A model generated the notes under the pieces. That model was not told where the DNA came from. It worked only from the letters and a program-made list of their open reading frames with translations, and made no database searches. A stretch of DNA of 60,730 nt from NCBI GenBank assembly GCA_026025075.1, contig JAPEUI010000099.1:1-60730 (forward strand), in the 5' to 3' direction. This document shows, in pieces, positions 1-11,143 of this stretch. This stretch comes from Vezdaea acicularis (Eukaryota). A program made the position numbers and the translations under genes. Each line of letters opens with the position of its first letter. Positions within the stretch are counted from its first letter, which is position 1.

Positions 1-335
1 CCTCTTTCCAGCGCGCGGCACACAGACACCATTTGCAGCCGCCCGTAAGCCCGATGCTGCGCAGGTCGTTGCCCCGCGAGGCGGAGAAGGTGAGGAATTC
101 GTCTGTTACTTCCGCTGGAAGGGGGGGGCTGTTAGCTGGGAAGCGAGGGGGGGGAGGGGTATGGAGGGAGAGAAGGAGGGAAGGAGCAAGAAGGAACCGT
201 ACCTGCAACAGCATGATTTCCCGTATCCTCCGGCCCGACATCGCAATATCCATTACGGTAGAACCCCGTCATGGGCGATTTGGAAAAGAGGGCTAGTGGT
301 TTGCCAAGGACGTTCAGGCTTTTCGTGCTGGCCAT
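1..335 (-). CDS. DUF2237 family protein (3' end runs off the window)
   Basis: ATG at 335 gives MASTKSLNVLGKPLALFSKSPMTGFYRNGYCDVGPEDTGNHAVA. A GT-AG intron at 202-115 (CTAAC branch near 131-135) leads to AEVTDEFLTFSASRGNDLRSIGLTGGCKWCLCAARWKE. The NVLG..L / TGFYR.GYC / WCLCA.RW motifs are typical of DUF2237. Confidence 0.85.
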
Positions 336-864
336 TATGCTGGTTATAAGGAGTATCACAATGGATATGGATAGGTGGATGTGCATTGACTGAAGATATG
401 TAGAAGAGAGGGGAGGAAGGAGGGGAAGGGACTTGGGGCTTGGAGCCGTTGTTAAAGCTTAATCGGTGCATTCATGACGTTACCGAGGGTCATATGGAGG
501 GGTTTGGGGACACGCTCTTTGAGGCTCTGAGGTCGTGCATCTTGGCCCTGAGAGGCTAGAGGGGGTCTCACATGCTCAGTTGACTGTCTTCCGTCCTTTT
601 ACGGCTTTATTATGGGAGTTTGGGTGTTATTGCAGGGATAAATAGATCTTGCGGGTCGTCGAAGTCAGGACGTCGACGGAGATTCCCGAAAGCGTGGTGA
701 CGTTTCTCCGAACCCGAAGCTTTTTCTAGACCACTAATTATTCCTGACAGTGGACAATTCCAATCTAGAATGAACTCCACCCTTCCATCTTGAGCTTCGC
801 TGCCTTGCAGCCGAAGCCCTCTCTCCGAAGCTTTCACTATTTCCCAATCCCGAGACAATACGTA

Positions 865-2648
865 ATGGCGGCCTACAACCCAACAGGCAAGAAAGGCCCC
901 ACTGTCCTTGTACAGCCTCCTCTACTCATGCGAAACATGGACTATCTAACCTCCTCTACCCAGGTCACTGACTCGCGCGAACACCGCATCAGCCCTAAGC
1001 CAGGCCTTCAAGCCGAACGCCGCACTCCCACGCGCTTCATCAGTGTCGACAGTGTCCTCCAACATGCCTCCGAAATCCCCTCCGGGCAGCAGCGCGGGCC
1101 CCCTGGGCGTCGACCACCTATACTCAGTTTGCGCGGCAGTAGTGACCCACGATTACCCACACGACTCGCAACGCAACACATGCCCGCGCGTTCGACGAAA
1201 GTCTCCGAAAAGCTCGTCTTGATCCCCGAGACGCCCGACGAGGAAAGAAGCGACGGTGTCAAGGAGGACTTCGAGACAGACAACAATGCAGGTCCGCTGC
1301 GTGATGACGAGGAGGCTGTCCGCAAGACACCGACGAGTCTCCAGGCGGGCAAGTCGTACGCAGAGCGGCTCCCCAAGGCTAGGCGGGCGGAGAAGGTCGC
1401 GCGCGTGACCGCGTACTGCACGGCGCAAGCGTATAAGCTCAAGGCGACGGCGACGTTCGTTAAGGACAAGCATGGCGCCAAGACGAAGCTCTATGACGAC
1501 TGCCTATACACAGCATATCACCTACCGCTCATACCGGGCTTGGAGGGGTATCGCATAAGGAGTAGTCCTGTGCTGAAGAGTCCGGGGGGAAAGGCGGTGC
1601 TCGATGAGGAGATTGAGAGGAGCGAGAATAGGAATTACCATGAGGGGTACTTTGAAGATGTAGAGGAATATGGGGTGAGAGGGGGCGAGGAAGCGGAGGA
1701 TCCATCACCGTTGGAGGAGCGGAATGGGCGGGATATGGAGATCTATCAGAATAGCCAGCGGGGGGAATCGCCGAAGCGGATCGCGCCCGACGCCACGCGG
1801 TTTGCGGAGATGTTCGTCTTCTCGTACGGCGTCGCGGTCTTCTGGAATTTTACCGAGAGACAAGAGAAAGATGTCTTGGCCGATCTCACGTTCTCGGAGT
1901 CCGAGACGGGCGCCTCGCTCGTGGCCCGGCCGCTGAAAGAGGAGGACTTTGAGACGGAGGAGTTTCACTTCGAATACTCGGCCGATATCCCACGACCACG
2001 CGTCTTCAACGACATGATCACGCTGCGGTCAGGCGACCATATGATCAAGCTCGCCATGTCCCACGCCATCGGGCAGAGCACCAAGCTCTCCCTCTTCGAG
2101 GAACGCATGTCGAAGACGATGCAGGAAGTCCAGGGCGTGCCGAAGACGCTGGCGCTCACGGGCAATCTGGGCATGAAGCGAGAGGACGTCGTCAAGATCC
2201 TGGGCCGCCTGTTCATGAGCAGAGTCGACGTTAACCTCTCGAGCAATATGCTGGACATCCCGAACTTCTTCTGGGACTCGGAGCCGACGCTGCACCCGCT
2301 CTACGTCGCCGTCCGCGAGTATCTGGAGATCCAGCCACGCATTCAGGTCTTGAACGAGCGGCTCCGCGTGTTTCTCGACCTTGCCGCCATCCTGTCGGAT
2401 TCGATCGCGAACAAGAAAATGCAGCGTGAGTTCTCTTATCTTTTCCTTTACCTCCATCGCCTGCTTGGTCCTTCTTGTTAATCCTCTCCCTGATAGGTCT
2501 GACCTGGATCATCATCGTCCTCATCGTGCTCTCCATCGCGGTGACGGGGTCGGAGGTGTTCCTCCGCTTCGGCATCCTCTCCAAGATTCCCAAGACCGCG
2601 GTCGCCTATGGCGGCGCCATGTCTCATGTTGCGATGTCGATGCTTTGA
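865..2648 (+). CDS. RMD8: Sporulation protein RMD8-like (RMD1/Sif2-Sif3 family, DUF155)
   Basis: Motifs RVTAYCTA, FVFSYGVAVFWNF, KLAMSHAIGQSTKLSLFE and YLEIQPRIQVLNER. Introns at 910-963 (54 nt, in frame) and 2426-2496. The last exon encodes the C-terminal TM segment RLTWIIIVLIVLSIAV and ends at TGA 2646-2648. The RMD8 versus RMD1 paralogue call is from memory. Confidence 0.8.
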
Positions 2649-3890
2649 GGCGTTATGAGGATGTCAGACTAGGTCTCTTTTTCTGCTGTATCCATTTAAT
2701 CGAGGGTTCTGGGGGGTTTCTCTCCCATTTTTTTTTGGCGACATTGCGTGGGGATATCAAGTGGAAGAATGCATTGCATAAGACTGCTATGCACTGTATA
2801 TAAATACGAAATTGGAAAGGTACACCAACACGCCCCCCTCCCCCCCCAGCCCCGCAAACCATAGGGAGCCCACAAACTACGGGAGTTAATAGCGTGACAT
2901 GGAGATTCACCCCACCATTACAACAAGAACATCGTCAGTCAGCAAAGATGGATCCCGCGAAGTGAAGAGCACGTAGAACGCATGAGGCAAAGCACGCCGG
3001 TGGAGAAGGGGGCCGAAAGGCGGTAAGCAAAGGCTGACGGCCCGATCCGACCGTCCAACCCAAAGCAGGAAGGAGCGTCTGCGTATATATCCCACGTACA
3101 GGAGGAGCAGTACAGTTGAACACGTGAGCCGGCATGCGAGGGGTGGTCCATTGAGTACGTACCCCAGCACCACGCGATAGATAGCGCGGAACGGGGAGAT
3201 TTTTCGATTCTCGATATCCTCGCTCCGATCGAGCGGAATGGGGACCGACTGGGCTGGGAATGATCTTTGGTGGGTTAGTTGGAGGGGAAGTTGGACGCGA
3301 AACAGGCGACGCTTCATGCCCGTCGATCATATTGGACGAGAGAAGCGTGCAACGTCAGATTGGGCGCACCCTTCCCCCTCCCCAACACCCGCCTCGACGC
3401 CGCGTCGTATCCAAATAGAAACGGAAGAATGCCGGATGTGAGACGCTTACGATGGAAATGGTTGACCAAGGGAAATGCTCATACTTGTTCCCATCACGGG
3501 CAGCAGGGCGGGATGGAGAGTGGATGCGGAATGTGATTTCTTTTCGCTCTTTCTCTTTTTGTACCCACCCCACCCCTACTACCGCGTGGAGAAGGAGCGA
3601 TAGGCCGCACCGATTAGGGTACCGAAACTGGTGCGACTCGCTCGTTTTTTTGCCCCGCCGCTTAAGGCCCGTCCCTGGGGGTGACCGGGGGGGTGAGACT
3701 GTTCCGGCCAGGTGCCCGCGCGGGCCTCGCGCTGGGAAGCCTCGCCGCTTTTGCCTGACGCCCGGGCAGTTTGCAGAGGGCGAGAGAGATGTGGGAAGAT
3801 GACGAGCTGGAAAGAGAGGGGAGACAGCTTGGGTTGGTCAAAGTAGATGAGGTTAGAGCATAGCAGAGCGAAGCATCAGGACGCTCTCTT

Positions 3891-3893
<3 letters not shown>

Positions 3894-3925
<32 letters not shown>
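3894..3925. repeat. (CT)n microsatellite, about 16 units
   Basis: Uninterrupted ctctct run upstream of the ELL-like gene. Confidence 0.95.
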
Positions 3926-3929
<4 letters not shown>

Positions 3930-4536
3930 CACTCTTTTTTCCTCTCCGTTTGCCCTCGTTCGACGCACCGGCGATGCTCTGCCCCGGGCGCGCCTTGTCC
4001 CTCGCGCACCCTGGCACGCCTGGCTCCCCGGCTCCCCTGCCCGCCCTTGCTCGCTTGACACCCCTGCCCCATGCCCTGCCCACCGCGAACTGGCCCATTT
4101 TCGGTGCGCCGGCGCCCTCTAGCTCGTCCATGCTGTCAGTGCGAAATCCGTCACGCCCGCCCCGGCGCCACCACCATTGTCCGGCCACGCTCCCCACCCA
4201 TACACGCGCTATTCACTTTCTTCCTATTGTCGCCCTCCATTGTCCACCGACCACCGAACACACTCTCCTCTTCTACCAATTGCTCAACACTCTCTTCTTC
4301 TTCTTTCTTCTCCAACACCTTTTGACCTGCTGCACCGACCGTTGCAATCTTCACAACCCTTCTTTTCTCTTGAATCGTCACCGATGAATCAGCAGATGGA
4401 GAGCTTCTTATCCACGCCCGGTCATCGTTGACCCACCCTGCACTCTCTCGACGACATCCCACTCTATCTCTGTCTTGATTGCAGTCACGACTGCGAAGAT
4501 CAAATACCCATACCCGAACCGCTATCCATCTTTCCC

Positions 4537-6791
4537 ATGGCTTCTCTTACAATTCCGCCTGTCGGCCTATTGCTGCAGGGCTCCCCGGATGTCGACATTG
4601 GTAATCCACGTCCCGGCACTAAGCCACCGCAGGCGATGCGGCTCAGTCTGCCCGACAATTTGATAAAAGAGCTCTTGAAGAGCGAATCGAGAGGGAAGAC
4701 CGCCCGGATAGCCTTCGGGAACACTATAGTAAGTAAAAAAAACCATGCCCGCTGGACCGGAGACTTTACTCACCGATCTACCATTTTTAGTTTCTCCACT
4801 ATGGGGAGCAGAAGAGGGAAGTTCTCCAGACCACGGAGAACTTCCGACACGAACTTTATCGCCCGGTCAAAGGTGCTGAGAGTGAGAAACTGTCTTTTGC
4901 AGGGATCGTGAGCCACAACCTTGAAGTGCAGGACATCGAGAAGGTTCCCACTAGCGAAGATCCTGCAGTCCTTGCTCTCAAGGAGAAGTATGCCGCCATT
5001 GAGCAGGCAAGGAAATCTCATACGTAGGATACCTTCAATTCTGCCTGTATTATTGCAAAGCTGACAAGCATTCCTAATAGAACTACTTACGTCGGCGGCA
5101 CGTCTCCGCTCCCTCCCGCAGTCTCTGGCAGACGTGGGCTTGTCAAGGCCAATCAGCCAAAGGGACGTCTAGACTCCCACCGAACCAAGCTTCTTGGGAA
5201 TGGGCTCACTCGATCAATGCCGACTAGCCCAGCTCTGGGAGCTTCACGGTCGCCTATGATCACTGCACAGCCGCCTCCCACCTCCACCCCAGTGCTTCAG
5301 GATGAGAAGGCCATGAAGCTGCAAGCTCTTCGAAAGCCCTTCATACATCTCATGGCTATCGAACCCATCTTAGAAAAGCACTTGATCCAGAAGACTCGCT
5401 GCTCAACGACCGAGTGTGCGCAGCTGTTGAAGAAGGTCGGCAGACTCACAAGAGATAATTTGGCGTGGGAGTTGTCCGATAGGACCTATAAGGATCTCGA
5501 TGTTTGGACATTCCCGTATCCTAGTCAAGCGGCTCGGCAGTCAGCCATTCAAAACGCCATCTCCGCATTTGACCGCATGAGAATAGGAAAGGAAGAGCCC
5601 ATTTGGCAAAACTTACTTCCGAAGCACGAGCGAGGCAGGGGTAAAGTTCTGTCACGCCTAGATCTTGACCGTGGGCCTACTAGACAGGCTGGTTCAACTC
5701 CAACTATCCGGGTGCAGCGAGCTGAGGACCCGACCCCGAAGTCTAAGTCTTCTTCGCCAGAGAAGGAGGACCTCGCTAGTAAAGCTGCTGGAGAGAGCAA
5801 AGTCCGTTCTGCGTCTCAGCCACCCACGAAAAGACAAAAGATCAGTGAGAGGGAATTGCAGTCACGACGACTTCTGACAACGAACTCTTCAGACATGGCC
5901 AAGTCAAAGTCGGCTCGATCAATTCAGAAATCTTCCACAAGCAAAACGAGTACTAAATATAAATCAGAGGAGTTTGTACAAGACTCTGACTCACCTGAGG
6001 AGAAGGCACCATCTCGAGCTGCTCCGATCAAGACTGCTACCTCGTCTCACTCTGCGCAAGGGAATGAAAGCAAAATCCGGCAGAGGCCTCATGCATTAGA
6101 TTCGAATAGTTCATCTTCTTCGTCGAAAACTATTGCTACAAAGTCGACACACAATAAGAAGCCATCCGCAACTCTCGACACGCCTAAAGCCAAACCTCTC
6201 CCCTCCCAGTCACCTCGTCTTGATGGGAATGTGCGCAATGGCCATGCTCGCCACAGGAGCAGCACTTCACCTCAAAAGCCATCTCCTCTATCATCTCCTC
6301 CCGAAAACATGTCAGAGCTAGAAATGGATGAATACAACATTATATCATCATCATCATCTTCGCCTCTCATCAATCAAGTTCGAAGGAGCCTTGCTACACC
6401 GTCGCTTGTTGGAGATACATCGTCAACTGCTCGCGAATCCTCACGTAATGACGCCAACTCATTGAAGCGCAAGTTCGACGACACGGACTCGAGTGATTTC
6501 AAGGCTCCTTCTCAGAGTGGTGTAAATGGATTCGGCTCTCATCATTCAACCACGAAGAAATACCCGGAGGTCTTCTCGTCATCGAGCAGTGGTACGACCC
6601 CTGACAAGAAAAACCACGCTTTGAATCTTGCGAAGCGCTTCAAACACCTCTACAAGAGATATGAGAATCTTCACCGCGAAGTCTCCGCGCAGTCGAAGCC
6701 AGACTCTACGAAGGTGACAGAAGTTAAGAGACTACATAAGAGGCTCGCGGAGTGGAAGAGACAGATCGCCGAAGCGGCAGAAGAACTATGA
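4537..6791 (+). CDS. RNA polymerase II elongation factor ELL-like protein
   Basis: ATG 4537, with introns 4729-4790 and 5024-5080 joining to ORF 5217-6791. The central segment RKPFIHLMAIEP...WELSDRTYKDLDVWTFPY resembles the ELL winged-helix region. A long S/K-rich linker is followed by a helical C-terminus (KRFKHLYKRYENLH...RLAEWKRQI) resembling the occludin/ELL domain. Confidence 0.65.
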
Positions 6792-7207
6792 GATGTGAAC
6801 CAGACATCCCAAAGCTCATGTACTTCAGGAACGGTACACATGTGTGTTACGAGAGAATTACGACTGCATTAGATTGGTGATACCTCAGGGCCTGGGATTG
6901 GAGAATGATTGCATGTGGCGTACCAACGAATTCGGCTGGGATCTGTGATCAAATACTGGCATGATCACGATTATTTGATCGGAGCTGCGATACCCTGTCT
7001 CGAAATAGAGAAGTCCTATACAACAGAAGATATAGAGTGCAATGAAAGTATCAAAATTAGCCAAAGTCGCAGAAACCCTGCGTGCGTTTTGGTGATCCCT
7101 TTGCCCACACTCGCTTCATCTCCTAACCTGCTCTCGTGAGTCAAGCCCCACCAAAACTGCCACACTTCGCTTCTCTCGCCCGCCCTAAAAATTTCCCCAA
7201 GCCCCAC

Positions 7208-7214
7208 TATAAAA
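7208..7214 (+). promoter_or_regulatory. Candidate TATA box (TATAAAA) about 40 nt upstream of the RNase P RNA
   Basis: Sequence match and position only. Confidence 0.3.
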
Positions 7215-7250
7215 TCCAGCTCGCGCTCACTTTACCGCTCTTCTCTCCTC

Positions 7251-7763
7251 ACGTCGTCCCCACCACCGCCGCGTTTCTTTGCCACGAACAGACCGTCGGG
7301 TTCTCATACCCGACCGTCACGGCAACGGCCTTGGGTCTTACGAAAAAGGTGGTCAAATACCTTTCCTCGTGGGAACCAATGGTCCCGTCATCACACATGC
7401 AAATGAGAAATTCGGAGTAATCTTCACTCAGCATCGTCCACGTCTTTCTTTCTCTTTTCTTGGGGGCAACTCTGGGGGGAGGGGGAGGAGGCGTGGATTT
7501 TGTGCTCTGCCCGAGAGGGCCTGGCGTGCGTCGCGCGCTTGCAATTGGCATCAGAAAAGCAGGGCCGGTCACCTGAACCGTAGTAGCTCCGGCGAATGGT
7601 GAAGGGGGCCGGTTCCCTATGGGAGGGTCGTTGCGAAGATTGTGGGTGGTTCCTCTTTTTGGGGGGCTACGCCACTTGAGTGCAATACGCGGCGTACGTC
7701 TCTACTCTCCTTGGGGGGTAGAGGCGTGCCATTCGATTCCGATTACTCTGGTGGGGACGACGT
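7251..7763 (+). ncRNA. RPR1: Nuclear RNase P RNA
   Basis: Perfect 15-bp P1 (acgtcgtccccacca 7251-7265 / tggtggggacgacgt 7749-7763) and P2 (gccgcgt 7268-7274 / acgcggc 7687-7693). CR-I GAGAAATTCGGAG is at 7405-7417, a GAGA-tetraloop hairpin at 7509-7520, CR-II-like CAGAAA near 7552 and CR-IV TTGAGTGCAAT at 7676-7686. P15- and P19-like hairpins are present, and CR-V CGATTCCGATTAC (7734-7746) can pair with CR-I to form P4. The motifs match yeast RPR1 (GGGAAAUUCGGUG, UUGAGUGCAAU, CGAUACCGAUUAC) in the same order. Confidence 0.93.
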
Positions 7764-7766
7764 CAC

Positions 7767-7772
7767 TTTTTT
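7767..7772 (+). terminator. T6 run directly after RNase P RNA P1 (possible Pol III terminator or polypyrimidine tract)
   Basis: cacTTTTTTcttttcag, starting 4 nt after the predicted mature 3' end. Confidence 0.4.
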
Positions 7773-7859
7773 CTTTTCAGAAGGTGAGTATTCTCATGGG
7801 CATGATTGTCACTCTGTTTCTCTAAGCTCCGGAATTGGTAGGATGCTAGCTAATCTGTT

Positions 7860-8673
7860 CTACTTTGTCGTGGCTTGCTCCTCTTTTAGAGACCCCCGCT
7901 TGTACATGATATCAGTCCTCATGCTATACTTAGTGCCCGCGCGGACCTTATCTCCCGAATGCAAGAGCGGATGAGTAAAAACCAACACTCGCCCTGTCTT
8001 GCACTCCACGTCATAGCGGATGTCTCTGTCGGTCGGGCTGTGGAAAGGTGTTGCGCCTCCCTTGAACATTTCGTTGCCGGGTGTAGTAGCATCGTTCAGG
8101 TAGAGGTGTAGAGTCACAAAAGAGACCTCGGTATTGTCGGGAGTCCCATACGAGCCGTCACCGTGCGCTGGATGCTACTTGTTAGTCAGAGTCTGGATAT
8201 ACCATAAGTGCTGTAGACTGACGTTCAAAGTAGTCACCTGGCTCATATCTCAAGAATCTCATGCGCTCGTTCAGCCTACTGAGCGACCAATTGACCAATT
8301 TGTGTCTGTATCTTACTCCCACATCATCTCCCGTCGCAATATCGGAGGCTAGATAAGGGAGAATGCGTGACCAAAGCCTGTCAGCAAGCTCTGGAGAATC
8401 CCAGATGATCCTCCCGGATTTGCGATAGTTGATGTCCAGCATCTGCATGTCGCCCCCCATGTTGACCATGGCTTGCTCCCAAACGCCCTCATTCAGATCC
8501 TCGGCCGCTTTGATCAGAGCCGCGCACTCCTCCGCTGAGAGCACATTATCCAGTATCACCGCGTACATCCCCTCGTAGAATGGCAGCGGCGTCTTCAGGA
8601 AATCAATCTTCTGCTTGACGATCTCCGGGCCAGGGCCGAGCAGTAAGCCCTCTGGTAGTGGACCTGTAGGCAT
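7860..8673 (-). CDS. 2-oxoglutarate/Fe(II)-dependent dioxygenase (prolyl 4-hydroxylase alpha-like)
   Basis: ATG 8673 and intron 8222-8168 give LNERMRFLRYEPGDYFEPHGDG (HxD motif), TLHLYLN, GGAT.F, LLHSG (distal His) and KYSMRTDIMY (2OG-binding residues). Confidence 0.88.
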
Positions 8674-9900
8674 TGTTATGAAGTTTCTTTTGTGAGACAA
8701 TAATATATGTTTCTGGCCGAGTGATGAGAGAGCGAGCGGAAAGGACCGATTTATAGTGGAGCGGTTTTGGGGGGATTTCAAGGCGTTCTGACACAGTAAA
8801 TAGTGTTGTACGGCACCTTTTTGTTGATGCCTGGCTCGCTAAGCCCGGCGAGTCATTCTGTCTGCCTTGGCCTTAGCCATGAGGCCGTCATTGGTTTGAG
8901 GGCTCTGTAGCGGATGGCAGCCTGGCGAAGTTTACGGGTTAGGTTTGGAGGTAATACTACATGCCGTCGCGGTGGCTACCTCGAATGTCGCACGGTTGTA
9001 GTTTGGCTGGTTCGCGGCATTCGGTAGGGACTACGCGGGGAGCATTATATTGTGCTACAGCGCAGTACAATATAAGATAGTAGAGTACAGTACAGGGCCC
9101 ATCTCACAATTCCAATATGCAAATTATGATAGATTTGTCTTCCGAAAAGCTGGACAGTAGACCGTGAGACCACGCAAAAGCAGCGAAAGAAATTGTTTCA
9201 GAACCGCTACAGGAACCGTAGCTTTCCGCGCTCGCTCATTGGCTGCGTGCCTGGACCGCCTCTCAACGCTTTGGATCAGCCGTCTTGACTCTGCTCCCCC
9301 CCCAGCTCAGAAGCCATCTGGTAATGTGTCTGATCTGTAGAAGAGGGTTTCATGCTGCGTTTTGGCTTAGTGATTGATACTTGCTACAGTATCGTGCGCT
9401 CATGTGAGATGCAGGGATCGGCGGGTGTTGCTGCACTTTCCATCGGATCTGCCGAATCCAATAAGTCCTAGCCAGCCACAGTCGAAATTAAGCCGGTGGC
9501 TTGCTCTTGAGGTGCCAAGGTGCCCACTTTCGCTCTAGCTCGCTTCCGGCCTGAAGGACAACCCCTTCAAACATCGTCAGTTCTCGTTCATCTAACCCAC
9601 CAGCCTCCATCAACGGCGCGACACCGATCATTCACCGCCTCGCCGACGAAGAGGCTCGAGCTTGAGGCTCCCCTTGCTCTTTCTCGAGAGTCTTCCGTAC
9701 GAGCTAGACTTGGAAATTTGCTCCGTCGCGGATGTGGCTTGGACGCGATCGGTAGCGGATCACCTTGGACGACGATTGACCGACCCACAATTCCCTCACT
9801 CAATCTCATCACTTCGCATTCGACTACGTCGACCCTTCATCTCGACAGAGGAGGCTCTGTGCTTTGGCCTATCAATTAGACGGACGATAATACCGCCATC

Positions 9901-11143
9901 ATGTCGTCTGGACAGTCGACTCCCACCCCAAAGCCCGATATGCATCGGCATCGGCTTCCGACGCTCTTCGAGGTTCTCAGCAGGAGGACACTGCCTCCCG
10001 TCGATTTGTTCTCTTTCTACATCTATATGCGAGATCAGCAGAGATCTGTTGACTACTTAGACTTCTGGTGAGTTCCTCAATGGCGATTCTTTGTGATATC
10101 TAGAGTTGTAATTAATATGCGGATCCACTACCAGGCTCGATGTTGCACAACACATGTCCCTCTGCCGGCACTACGTTCGCGAGCTTCGTCGCTCTGTCAT
10201 GATTGGAACCCCAGAGAATGAGAAAGCACCGAGCAAACGGTCATCCGCGGTCCTTGACCACCTTGATGTGAATGACCCTGCTGGCCCTTCGATGCAGCTG
10301 AACCCCGAAGAGAAAGGCCACGATCAACGCTTATCGGCCTTCCTCCGCCATGAGAATGGAAACAAACACTCCCCCCAAGGCAGTCTCAACTCGCAGCACC
10401 AAGGGGCAAACGGCTCTGGCGAACGGCCACCCCGACCAAGTTTCATGAGCACCCAAGACCCCCGCACCGATTCGAATAGTCCAGCTCACACCGTAGCGAG
10501 GGCGGATATTCGTGCATCAGCAGAGAAGATTCTCTATACCTTCTTACTCCCTGGGTCGGAACGTGAGATTATCCTGCCAGACGCAATCACATCAGAGATC
10601 ACACGAGCGATTGAGGAAGATGGCCGTGACGACCCCGAAATCTTCGATGCCGCCAAGGACTACGTATTCCAAGCCATGGAGCGTGACGCTTTCCCAGGCT
10701 TCCTCCGCACCAAAGCCCTCGGCAATCTCGTACCACCTAGTCTCATGCTACGGCTGATTGCCGGGCTTCTGAGCATGTTTGGCGGATTCTGGACTGCCTT
10801 TGTGCTCGTCTTTCTAGATTATCCCCGCCATACCCGCGCATGGGTATGTTTCCCCTCTCTCATCATGATTTTCAATCTTGGGACAGATTACTAACACCCG
10901 TAACAGGTCCTCCTCCCTTTCGCAGTCGGCATCTACTTTCTCGCCACACACCAGTACAGCCTCGACCCCGTCATGGCCCTCGCCGGCTTCAGCGAATACA
11001 CATTTATGTCCTTCTCGCGCGTGCGCGAGCCCTACGTCCGCTCCCTCCTCACCAAGCGCTCCTTTGTCGTCTGGGGCTGGTGGTTCCTCTTCACCGCCCT
11101 CCTGACCTTGCTCTTTGTCTTTGTGCCTGGGAAGAGGCTCTGA
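9901..11143 (+). CDS. RAX1: RGS-domain bud-site selection protein Rax1
   Basis: RLPTLFEVLSRRTLPPVDLFSFYIYMRDQQRSVDYLDFW|LDVAQH, an RGS domain and three C-terminal TM segments ending VPGKRL. Introns at 10068-10134 and 10844-10906. Confidence 0.9.

Noticed and set aside
7136..7974. Several short ORFs on both strands over the RNase P RNA
   Set aside because: They have no recognisable protein features and are explained by the structured RNA.
9321..9389. Possible 5' UTR intron upstream of RAX1 (GTAATG...TACAG)
   Set aside because: The branch point is weak, it lies 500 nt from the ATG, and no snoRNA boxes were recognised. It is unsupported without transcripts.
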